A stretch of DNA of 64,000 bases from Candidatus Omnitrophota bacterium (GTDB lineage: Bacteria; Omnitrophota; Omnitrophia; Omnitrophales; Aquincolibacteriaceae). The stretch lies in assembly GCA_041674705.1 (NCBI GenBank), contig JBAYVF010000006.1, forward strand, positions 23,241 through 87,240. Reading direction: 5' to 3'. Shown here in pieces: positions 8,761-16,383 of the stretch (its first letter is position 1; each line of letters opens with the position of its first letter). The position numbers were made by a program, and so were the translations under genes. A model generated the notes under the pieces. It made no database searches and had not been told where the DNA came from. It worked only from the letters and a program-made list of their open reading frames with translations.

Positions 8761-10144
8761 ACTCGATTTCGAAGACACCATCGCCGCAATCGCGACTCCC
8801 GCGGGCGAGGGAGGCATTGCGGTGATCCGCGTCAGCGGTCCAGGGGCGTTTGAAGCCGTCGAGCCATTTTTTGTTTCCCCTGAACATGAAAAATTGAAGG
8901 ATACGCCCGCCAATACGATCCGCTGGGGAAAGTTTACAGACCCTGCGGGACTTCTCGTGGATCAGGTGCTTGTCAGCTGTTTCCGCGCTCCGCGGTCCTA
9001 TACCGGGCAGGACGTGATCGAGATCAGCTGTCATGGGGGTGTCGCGGTCACAAGGAAGATCCTGGGTTCTTTGCTTGGGAAAGGCGTCCGTCATGCGGAG
9101 CCCGGAGAATTCACACGCCGGGCTTTTCTGAGCGGAAAGATCGATCTTACCCAAGCAGAAGCAGTGCTCGATCTGATCCACGCCAAAAGCGATCGCTCGC
9201 TTGACATCGCGGTTCGTCAACTTTCCGGCGCTCTTTCCCGTACGCTTAGAGAGTTAAAAGATTCGCTCGTCAGACTTTTGGCTCACATGGAAGCTTATCT
9301 TGATTTCCCGGAAGAAGACCTGGAAGTGGATGTTAAGACCGGCATGCAAAAACAATTCACAAGCGTTCAGGAAAAAATTCGCTCTCTTATCGCGGGCTTT
9401 GGACGCAACCAGTTGATCCGCGAAGGCATGCTCGTGACCCTCGTGGGAAAACCCAATGTCGGGAAATCCTCGCTTTTTAACTCGCTTCTTGAGCGCGACC
9501 GCGCGCTTGTTTCCGATCTGCCGCACACCACGCGCGATCATTTAGAAGAAGCTCTTGAGATCCGCGGGCTCTATATCCGTCTGCGAGACACCGCAGGACT
9601 TATTTCTACGCCGGAACATCCCCTGGATAAAATGGGTATGGACCGCACCTTGGAGGCGATCAAGGAAAGCCACGTCGTGCTTTATGTGATGGATGGTTCC
9701 GTGCCGATCGAGGAGCAAGATCGCCACGTTTTTAAAAATATTCCCCAGGACAAGACCGTGCTTGTGCTTATAAATAAATCCGATCTCTCCTCCCGGGTCA
9801 AAGTGAAGGAGCTTAAGCTGTTCTTGGAAGAAAAACCCCTGATCCGGATCTCCGCAAAGACGCGCGAGGGATTCGGGGAGCTCGAAGAAAAGATCGCGGG
9901 GTGTTTGGAGAAAGGAACTTCCGAGGCGGGGGAGCAGATCACGAAACTCCGTCATAAAAAGGCATTAGAATCCGCGCTCGAAGCGATACAACGAGCTGAG
10001 GGCTCATTTAAAGGAAAAATGTCACTCGAATTTGTGACGCCCGACCTTCGCTTGGCCCTGGAAGCCATGAAAGAGCTGACAGGAGAGGTTTATTCCGAGG
10101 ATCTTCTGGATGTGATCTTCTCGGAATTCTGCATTGGCAAATAA
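8753..10144 (+). CDS. mnmE: tRNA uridine-5-carboxymethylaminomethyl modification GTPase
   Basis: G-domain GKPNVGKSSLFN, DTAG, NKSD. C-terminal FCIGK. 8-nt overlap with folC. Confidence 0.95.
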   Translation: MSKLDFEDTIAAIATPAGEGGIAVIRVSGPGAFEAVEPFFVSPEHEKLKDTPANTIRWGKFTDPAGLLVDQVLVSCFRAPRSYTGQDVIEISCHGGVAVTRKILGSLLGKGVRHAEPGEFTRRAFLSGKIDLTQAEAVLDLIHAKSDRSLDIAVRQLSGALSRTLRELKDSLVRLLAHMEAYLDFPEEDLEVDVKTGMQKQFTSVQEKIRSLIAGFGRNQLIREGMLVTLVGKPNVGKSSLFNSLLERDRALVSDLPHTTRDHLEEALEIRGLYIRLRDTAGLISTPEHPLDKMGMDRTLEAIKESHVVLYVMDGSVPIEEQDRHVFKNIPQDKTVLVLINKSDLSSRVKVKELKLFLEEKPLIRISAKTREGFGELEEKIAGCLEKGTSEAGEQITKLRHKKALESALEAIQRAEGSFKGKMSLEFVTPDLRLALEAMKELTGEVYSEDLLDVIFSEFCIGK

Positions 10145-10180
10145 ATTTTCAGAAACATTGAAAATTTATTTTAAATAGCG

Positions 10181-10208
10181 TTGACATCAGAAGTTTCTTT
10201 GCTATCCT
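10181..10208 (+). promoter_or_regulatory. candidate sigma70-type promoter (TTGACA-16-TATCCT)
   Basis: Perfect -35 with an A/T-rich upstream tract. The -10 coincides with the first bases of the 86-bp repeat copy. Confidence 0.4.
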
Positions 10209-10285
10209 TGTCTCGATTTATTTTCTAAAGGGTGACAAGGATTGCCCCAATTTCAAATTTGTTGAAATTGATAGGTATTGGGACT
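10201..10285 (+). repeat. CCCAAT-family dispersed element, full-length diverged copy
   Basis: ...ggattgccccaatttcaaatttgttgaaattgataggtattgggact is collinear with the copies at 43130-43215 (reverse complement) and 51267-51352. Confidence 0.8.
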
Positions 10286-10494
10286 AGAATTCCTCTCGCC
10301 GAGCAAATTTGAAAAAATTTTCGATAAGAAAAATAAAAGGCCCATGATTTTTAAAGATTTGATTCGCCGGCAGCGGGAAAAAAGAAGCGAGAGTCTTCGC
10401 GTGAGTTCGAAGCCCGGAAAAAAGAAAACGTAATCTTTTAAAGCGTCGATCCATCCCCATACAAAATAAGCTCAATGAAAAAATGGGATGTTCG

Positions 10495-10510
10495 ATACTA
10501 TATGTAGTGG
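10495..10510 (+). promoter_or_regulatory. NrdR-box-like palindrome 1
   Basis: atACTATATgTAGTGg compared with the published NrdR box consensus acaCwAtATaTwGtgt, upstream of an RNR gene. Confidence 0.5.
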
Positions 10511-10526
10511 ATGGGCATAACGCAAT

Positions 10527-10542
10527 CACCCACATATAGTGA
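10527..10542 (+). promoter_or_regulatory. NrdR-box-like palindrome 2
   Basis: cacCCACATATAGTGa is the inverted partner of box 1. The centres are about 33 bp apart. It lies 44 nt before the nrdJ ATG. Confidence 0.45.
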
Positions 10543-10585
10543 TGTTTAATAAGCTTTTAAAAAGTTTAAGGAGAGATAACGCTTT

Positions 10586-13500
10586 ATGAAGACAGCAAAA
10601 CTGCCATCCGTTCAGGAAGGACAAAGCCTCGGCCGAGGACTTGTATTCAGGAGATTTTTCACAAAGCCGGACGTTCACCCCCTGGATGAGATCAAATACG
10701 TCAAGCGCAGCTCGGTGATCACGAATCCTGACGGTTCGGTGGTTTTCAAGATGGAAAACGTTGAAGTCCCCGAGAGCTGGAGCCAGCTTGCGACCGATAT
10801 TGTTGTTTCAAAATATTTCCGGAAGGCGGGAGTTCCTGAAACCGGGTCCGAGGTAAGCGCGCGACAGGTGGTGTCTCGCATTGCCCATTCGATCCGCGTG
10901 GCGGGTGAAAAGCTTGGGGGTTATTTTAAAACTCCGGCCGATGCGCAAGTCTTTGAAGAAGAAATGCTCCATTTATTGATCCAGCAGAAATGCGCCTTTA
11001 ATTCTCCCGTCTGGTTTAATTGCGGGATGGACCTTTACGGGATCAAGGGGAGTGGCGGCAATTATTATTGGGACCCGGTGACCGACACGATCCAGCAATC
11101 CACGGATTCTTATTCCAACCCGCAATGTTCCGCCTGTTTTATTCAGTCCGTCGATGACAATCTAATGTCCATTTTCGATCTGATCAAGAATGAAGCCCGG
11201 CTTTTCAAGTTCGGATCCGGAACCGGGACGAACTTTTCAAAACTCCGCGGCCGCCAGGAAAAACTCTCAAGCGGCGGGACGTCGTCCGGACTGATGTCGT
11301 TTTTGGAAGTGCTGGATCGCGGGGCGGGCGCGACAAAATCCGGCGGGACCACGCGCCGTGCGGCGAAGATGTGCTGTCTCGATCTCGATCACCCCGAGAT
11401 CATGGATTTTATTAACTGGAAAGTCCGCGAAGAAAAGAAAGTCGCCGCGCTTATCGCGGCCGGGTATTCCTCGGATTTCAACGGAGAGGCCTATAAGACG
11501 GTCGGGGGACAAAATTCGAATAATTCCGTGAGGATCTCGGACGAATTTATGCGCGCCTATCTGAATGACGGAAAATGGCAGACGCGTTTTCGCACGACCG
11601 GGGATGTTTGCGAAACTTTTCAAGCCAAGGACATGATGGACCAGATCGCGTTCGCGGCTTGGGCGTGCGCGGATCCCGGCGTCCAATTCGACACGACGAT
11701 CAATGATTGGCATACCTGCGCCAACACCGATCGCATTCACGCCTCCAATCCTTGTTCGGAATATATGTTCCTGGATAATTCAGCGTGTAACCTGGCTTCG
11801 ATCAATGTCATGAAATATCTCAAGGCCGACGGGACGTTTGATGTCGACGGGTTCCGTCACACCACGCGTGTTTTTATCACGGCCATGGATATTCTGGTGG
11901 ATTACGCCTCGTATCCCACCGAGCAGATCGCCGGAAACAGTCATGTTTACCGGCCACTTGGAATTGGTTACGCCAATCTTGGAAGCCTCCTTATGGTGAA
12001 CGGCATTCCCTACGACAGCGCCGAAGCTTCCGCGATCTGCAGCGCCCTTACCGCGATCCTGACGGGGCATGCCTACCGGACCTCAGCCGAGATCGCCGCT
12101 TCGAAAAACCCATTCTCCGATTACAAGAAAAATGAAAGTTCGATGTTACGCGTGATCGAAAAACACCGGGCGGCCGCGCACAAGATCCCGGCCGAGCATT
12201 GCTGGCAGGATATTCTGGTGGCGGCGCATGAAGATTGGGAAGACGCGTTTGAGATCGGGAAGCTTTACGGCTATCGTAACGCGCAGGTTTCCGTGATCGC
12301 ACCGACCGGCACGATCGGGCTCCTTATGGATTGCGACACGACCGGGATCGAGCCGGATTTTGCGCTCGTAAAATTCAAAAAGCTCGCCGGCGGCGGTTAT
12401 TTCAAGATCATCAACCAGGGTGTCCCCGCGGCTTTGCATAAACTCGGATATTCCGAAAGCGAAATTCAGAACATCATTGAGTATATCCAGGGCACTTCGC
12501 GCCTTGAAGGGACGCCGTGGATCAATCGCGCGACTTTGGCCGCAAAAGGTTTCACGAGCCCCGAACTGGATAAGATCGACTCCATGTTGCCGTCGGTATT
12601 TGATCTTAGTTTTGCTTTTACGAAATGGACGCTTGGGGAGGATACCCTGAAGCGTCTTGGTTTCAAGGCAGAAGATTATAACCATCTCCGGTTCAACGTG
12701 CTTGAGGCGCTCGGTTTCTCGAAAGCAGAGATCGAAGAAGCCAACGGCGTGGTGTGCGGCATGATGACGATCGAAGGCGCGCCGCTTCTCAAGCCTGAAC
12801 ATTTACCGGTCTTTGATTGCGCGAACCGGTGCGGAAAACACGGCAAGCGTTTCATTGAACCCATGACGCATGTCCGGATGATGGCCGCGGCGCAGCCGTT
12901 CATTTCCGGCGCCATTTCCAAGACGGTGAATCTCCCGCACGAAAGCACGGTGGAAGACATCGAAAAGATCTACGTGGAATCCTGGAAAATGGGGCTGAAG
13001 GCCGTCGCGCTCTACCGGGATGGCTCCAAGTTGTCACAGCCGCTGAATACCAAGTCCGGCGATTCGGCTTCGGATAAAAAAACCGAAAAGAAAAATGAGA
13101 TCCAGACGGCGCATCCTCTGGTCCTGCAGCGCAAGCGCTTGCCCAAAAAGCGCGCGGGGATCACGGTCGAATCCCGTGTCGGGGGCCAAAAGATCTATCT
13201 CCGGACCGGAGAATATCCAGACGGAACGATCGGTGAGATCTTTGTCGATATGCACAAAGAAGGCGCCGCGTTCCGTTCCATGATGAACTGCTTTGCGATC
13301 GCGGTTTCGCTCGGGCTTCAGTACGGGGTCCCTCTTGATGAATTTGTGAATGTCTTCACCTTCACCCGTTTCGAACCGCAGGGGCTTGTGGACCATCCGA
13401 ATATCAAGCTCTCCACCTCGATCGTGGATTATCTTTTCCGTGTGTTGGGTATGGAATATCTTGGGATGACGGAATTCGTCCAGATCCCGCCCAAGCCCGA

Positions 13501-13759
13501 GGATCTTCAGATCAATAAAAAAACAGTTTCCGCAATTGCGCAGGCCCCCGCGATCGAGGCCCCCGCTTCGGTTCAAGACCCGGTCCCCTCCGTGAGCGTT
13601 GTCAAAAAGAACACTTCCCTCAGCGCTGCCGGCGCGAACGAGCATCTGGCGAACATGATGGGCGATGCGCCCTTCTGCACGAATTGCGGCCATGTGACCG
13701 TGCGAAGCGGCTCCTGCTATAAGTGCCTGAATTGCGGCAATAGTATGGGATGCTCGTAA
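10586..13759 (+). CDS. nrdJ: adenosylcobalamin-dependent (class II) ribonucleotide reductase
   Basis: 1057 aa. Active-site block HASNPCSEYMFLDNSACNLASIN. C-terminal Cys cluster CTNCGH..GSCYKCLNCG. AAGGAGAG SD. Confidence 0.9.
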   Translation: MKTAKLPSVQEGQSLGRGLVFRRFFTKPDVHPLDEIKYVKRSSVITNPDGSVVFKMENVEVPESWSQLATDIVVSKYFRKAGVPETGSEVSARQVVSRIAHSIRVAGEKLGGYFKTPADAQVFEEEMLHLLIQQKCAFNSPVWFNCGMDLYGIKGSGGNYYWDPVTDTIQQSTDSYSNPQCSACFIQSVDDNLMSIFDLIKNEARLFKFGSGTGTNFSKLRGRQEKLSSGGTSSGLMSFLEVLDRGAGATKSGGTTRRAAKMCCLDLDHPEIMDFINWKVREEKKVAALIAAGYSSDFNGEAYKTVGGQNSNNSVRISDEFMRAYLNDGKWQTRFRTTGDVCETFQAKDMMDQIAFAAWACADPGVQFDTTINDWHTCANTDRIHASNPCSEYMFLDNSACNLASINVMKYLKADGTFDVDGFRHTTRVFITAMDILVDYASYPTEQIAGNSHVYRPLGIGYANLGSLLMVNGIPYDSAEASAICSALTAILTGHAYRTSAEIAASKNPFSDYKKNESSMLRVIEKHRAAAHKIPAEHCWQDILVAAHEDWEDAFEIGKLYGYRNAQVSVIAPTGTIGLLMDCDTTGIEPDFALVKFKKLAGGGYFKIINQGVPAALHKLGYSESEIQNIIEYIQGTSRLEGTPWINRATLAAKGFTSPELDKIDSMLPSVFDLSFAFTKWTLGEDTLKRLGFKAEDYNHLRFNVLEALGFSKAEIEEANGVVCGMMTIEGAPLLKPEHLPVFDCANRCGKHGKRFIEPMTHVRMMAAAQPFISGAISKTVNLPHESTVEDIEKIYVESWKMGLKAVALYRDGSKLSQPLNTKSGDSASDKKTEKKNEIQTAHPLVLQRKRLPKKRAGITVESRVGGQKIYLRTGEYPDGTIGEIFVDMHKEGAAFRSMMNCFAIAVSLGLQYGVPLDEFVNVFTFTRFEPQGLVDHPNIKLSTSIVDYLFRVLGMEYLGMTEFVQIPPKPEDLQINKKTVSAIAQAPAIEAPASVQDPVPSVSVVKKNTSLSAAGANEHLANMMGDAPFCTNCGHVTVRSGSCYKCLNCGNSMGCS

Positions 13760-13761
13760 GG

Positions 13762-13828
13762 CGATAAGGCGTACGGAGTACGGCGAAAACATAAAAAGCA
13801 TGACGCCGTACGCCTTCCGCCGTACGGA
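13762..13828. repeat. word-repeat palindromic element, GTACGGCG family (terminator position after nrdJ)
   Basis: aaggcgtacggagtacggcg - 18 nt - cgccgtacgccttccgccgtacgg. Confidence 0.7.
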
Positions 13829-13870
13829 TGCTGGCTCTTTAAGTGAAAATGAAGTAATATTTTACCCACC

Positions 13871-15643
13871 ATGACCTCCCACGAACCCATTGAAGCGACC
13901 GAGAAACTTTTTACACGCACCCGCTCGCGGTCTTTTCGAGGATGGATCCGCTTTGGGGTTTACTTCCTGATCATCGGCGTTTTCGCCCTCCTTTTGGGAA
14001 CGCACAAGCTGGATCGTCTCGAAGCTCTCGTTCGCGACAGTTTCTTAAAACAGGTTACCTGGGGGCAAGCCCATCCGGGGATTGTCCTGATCGAAATCCC
14101 GGAAACGGCTTTAGCGGAGATAGGTCCCTGGCCGTGGCCCCGAAGTTATCACGCGATTATGGCGCGCCTTTTAAGCGAATGGAAGGCGGCCGCAGTGGTT
14201 CTTGATCTCGACCTGTCCGAACCGACCGATCCCAAGAACGATCAGGATCTGGCGCAATCTCTTGGAAAGGTTGAAATCCCTTTTTATCTTCCGGTGGAGC
14301 TGAAACCCCAACAAGAGAAAAAATTCTGGGTGCATGGGATGCCCGTCGTGCTGGAGAGCGGCGAAGGCAAGAGAAGCTGGATCCATCCTTTGCCAGAGTT
14401 TGAGAAAGAAGCCCGGGGCGTCGGTCATAGTTATCTCGCTTCGGACCCCGACGGCCTTCTGAGAAGATTCGATCCCTTCATCACAGAGGGAAAAGAAAGC
14501 CATCTTTTTCTTCCGCTTCGCGTGGCGTTCGACCAAATGAAAAAACCCATCCCTTCGCCCCAAGAGTGGGAGAGGCTCGAAGATTTTCAGGGGAAGATTC
14601 TGATCCCCTGGAGCGAGGCGTGGGACCGCGGATTCACGCGTTACAATTACGCGGACCTGATTCATAGTTTTTATGCGATCCAGAAAGGGATGCGGCCCGT
14701 CATCGACCCCGGCATGGTTGCCGGAAAGATCTGCCTGGTGGGGCCCGTTGCGCCCGGGGCAACGGATCTTAAAGTCACACCTCTTAGCAGTGCGTATGCA
14801 AGGATCGGTGTTTACGCTCAGGTTTTGAATGCGGCGTTGACCAGCAACTGGGTGCGGCCCGTGTCGTTCCTGGGAAACATCCTTTGCCTTTTAGGGTGCG
14901 GAGTTTTGGCGATGACCTTATTTGTCGCGCTGAGCGGAGCGTGGTCGCTTGTGGCAGGGCTTTTACTTGTCGTCGGATGGTTCGCGTTCTGCTTCACGGT
15001 TTTCGCAAAGTGGCATTTAGGGTTCTACGTGGTCACTCCGGCCCTGCTTATGTTCTGTCTTTTCATTTTTACAGCGATCTATGCCCAGGCCACCGCGATG
15101 CGTGAAAAGTCGCATCTCTTTCACCTCGCCACGCGGGACGGACTGACCGAGCTTTATGTGATCCGTCATTTTCGTCTGATCATGAACCAGATCGTGCGTG
15201 AAGCAAGTTCCCGAAAACAGCCCTTGTCGGTCATCTTGCTCGATATCGACAACTTTAAAAAGATCAACGATACCTACGGGCATCCCGCAGGGGATATGGT
15301 GCTTAAAAAAACGGCGGCCATTATCCTTGCTTTTATCCGGAAGCGCCGGCCTTTTCGGGAGATCGATTTCGCGGCGCGCTACGGCGGTGAGGAATTCATC
15401 ATCATGCTCCGGAAAGCCGGCCTCCAGGAGGCCGCCGAGGTTGCGGCCGAACGCATCCGGAAAAAGATCGAAGAAACAAAGTTTGAGTGGGAAGGAAAAG
15501 CGATCCGGGTCACGGTGAGTTTGGGGGTCGCGGTTCGTCATGCGGGGGAAAACGTTCCTGACCCGATGGTCCATCGGGCCGATGCCGCCCTGTATAAAGC
15601 CAAAGAAGCCGGAAAAAATCGCGTTTGGAGTGAAGGCCGGTAG
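13871..15643 (+). CDS. CHASE2 sensor domain-containing diguanylate cyclase
   Basis: N-terminal TM, then IVLIEIPETALAEIGPWPWPRSYHA (CHASE2), three TM helices, then a GGDEF domain with RYGGEEF. An RxxD I-site (REID) sits at the canonical spacing. Confidence 0.85.
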   Translation: MTSHEPIEATEKLFTRTRSRSFRGWIRFGVYFLIIGVFALLLGTHKLDRLEALVRDSFLKQVTWGQAHPGIVLIEIPETALAEIGPWPWPRSYHAIMARLLSEWKAAAVVLDLDLSEPTDPKNDQDLAQSLGKVEIPFYLPVELKPQQEKKFWVHGMPVVLESGEGKRSWIHPLPEFEKEARGVGHSYLASDPDGLLRRFDPFITEGKESHLFLPLRVAFDQMKKPIPSPQEWERLEDFQGKILIPWSEAWDRGFTRYNYADLIHSFYAIQKGMRPVIDPGMVAGKICLVGPVAPGATDLKVTPLSSAYARIGVYAQVLNAALTSNWVRPVSFLGNILCLLGCGVLAMTLFVALSGAWSLVAGLLLVVGWFAFCFTVFAKWHLGFYVVTPALLMFCLFIFTAIYAQATAMREKSHLFHLATRDGLTELYVIRHFRLIMNQIVREASSRKQPLSVILLDIDNFKKINDTYGHPAGDMVLKKTAAIILAFIRKRRPFREIDFAARYGGEEFIIMLRKAGLQEAAEVAAERIRKKIEETKFEWEGKAIRVTVSLGVAVRHAGENVPDPMVHRADAALYKAKEAGKNRVWSEGR

Positions 15644-15706
15644 CTCTTCTCGCGTCTTGACCTATCCCAAGGAAAACAATACACTTTCACTTCTCGGACG
15701 CTGGGT

Positions 15707-15757
15707 GAAGGATGGAGGAGGGTGAAAAGTCAGGCACCATCCGCCATCCGTCTTCCG
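15707..15757. repeat. palindromic element, GGATGG family
   Basis: gaaggatggaggagggtg - loop - caccatccgccatccgtcttc. It shares stem words with 51145-51222 and 28565-28650. Confidence 0.7.
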
Positions 15758-15846
15758 CAATCCTGTTTTACGTGGAGGGATGGCAGAGTCATTCGCGGTT
15801 TCGCGGCGAATGACTTCGAGGAGTAAAGCGACGAGAGGTCTTCAGA

Positions 15847-16110
15847 ATGGAACAACGTTGGTCTCTTTATATTCTTGAGTGTCGCACGAAAGATTTGTAT
15901 GTGGGCATTGCTCAGGATGTGCAGAAAAGACTGGAGTTGCACAATAAGGGGCGTGCATGCCGGTACACTAAATTTCGAGGACCTGTGACGTTAGTTCATG
16001 AAGAATACTGCGGTGGTTACGCTGAAGCACGAAGACGGGAAAGAGAAGTCAAAAAGTTTTCTAGGATCAAGAAGTTAGCTTTAAGAGACCTCTCGTCACC
16101 AAAGACGTGA
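15847..16110 (+). CDS. GIY-YIG nuclease family protein (UPF0213-like, 87 aa)
   Basis: WSLYILECRTKDLYVGIAQDVQKRLELHNKG...YTKFRGPVTLVHEE.....A.RRERE.K pattern. Confidence 0.8.
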   Translation: MEQRWSLYILECRTKDLYVGIAQDVQKRLELHNKGRACRYTKFRGPVTLVHEEYCGGYAEARRREREVKKFSRIKKLALRDLSSPKT

Positions 16111-16144
16111 CTCGAGGTCCCAAAAATTATAAAACAAATTTTTG

Positions 16145-16230
16145 GGAGGGATGGCAGAGTGGTCGAATGCGGCGGTCTCGCCACCGCCTGCGAAGCGGCG
16201 GGGTCCCGCCTCTTTTTAGGCGGGAAAAAC
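16145..16230 (+). pseudogene. tRNA-Ser-like 5' fragment followed by a hairpin (non-functional tRNA remnant)
   Basis: The first ~36 nt (GGAGGGATGGCAGAGTGGTCGAATGCGGCGGTCTCG) are near-identical to the tRNA-Ser(CGA) 115 nt downstream. There is no 7-nt anticodon loop, T-arm or 3' acceptor. It ends in cccgcc-tcttttta-ggcggg. Confidence 0.5.
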
Positions 16231-16259
16231 TAGCATTTTTTGATCGGCCGTTCGTTTAG

Positions 16260-16346
16260 GGAGAGGTGGCAGAGTGGTCGAATGCGGCAGTCTCGAAAAC
16301 TGTTAATCGCGCAAGCGGTTCGGGAGTTCGAATCTCCCCCTCTCCG
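16260..16346 (+). tRNA. tRNA-Ser(CGA)
   Basis: Hand-folded cloverleaf: acceptor GGAGAGG/CCTCTCC, anticodon arm GCAGT-CTCGAAA-ACTGT, long variable arm, T-arm GGGAG-TTCGAAT-CTCCC. No encoded CCA. Confidence 0.9.
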
Positions 16347-16383
16347 TTTTGCTATGATTTTTAAATAAAAAAAGGAATAGAAA

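Noticed and set aside
10286-10585. Cobalamin riboswitch in the nrdJ leader
   Set aside because: No B12-box-like GCCACUG core or surrounding conserved helices are visible. NrdJ uses AdoCbl as a cofactor, which does not by itself imply a riboswitch.
16145-16230. Second functional tRNA-Ser or tRNA-Sec
   Set aside because: It has only an acceptor 5' strand and a D-arm. The candidate anticodon region gives a 6- or 8-nt loop. There is no T-arm (no GTTCRANYC), no complementary 3' acceptor strand and no TCA anticodon.
16111-16383. SRP (4.5S) RNA, which often precedes dnaX
   Set aside because: No GGAAGCAGCC / AGGUCCGGAAGG-type domain IV core is present. The region is accounted for by the tRNA remnant and tRNA-Ser.
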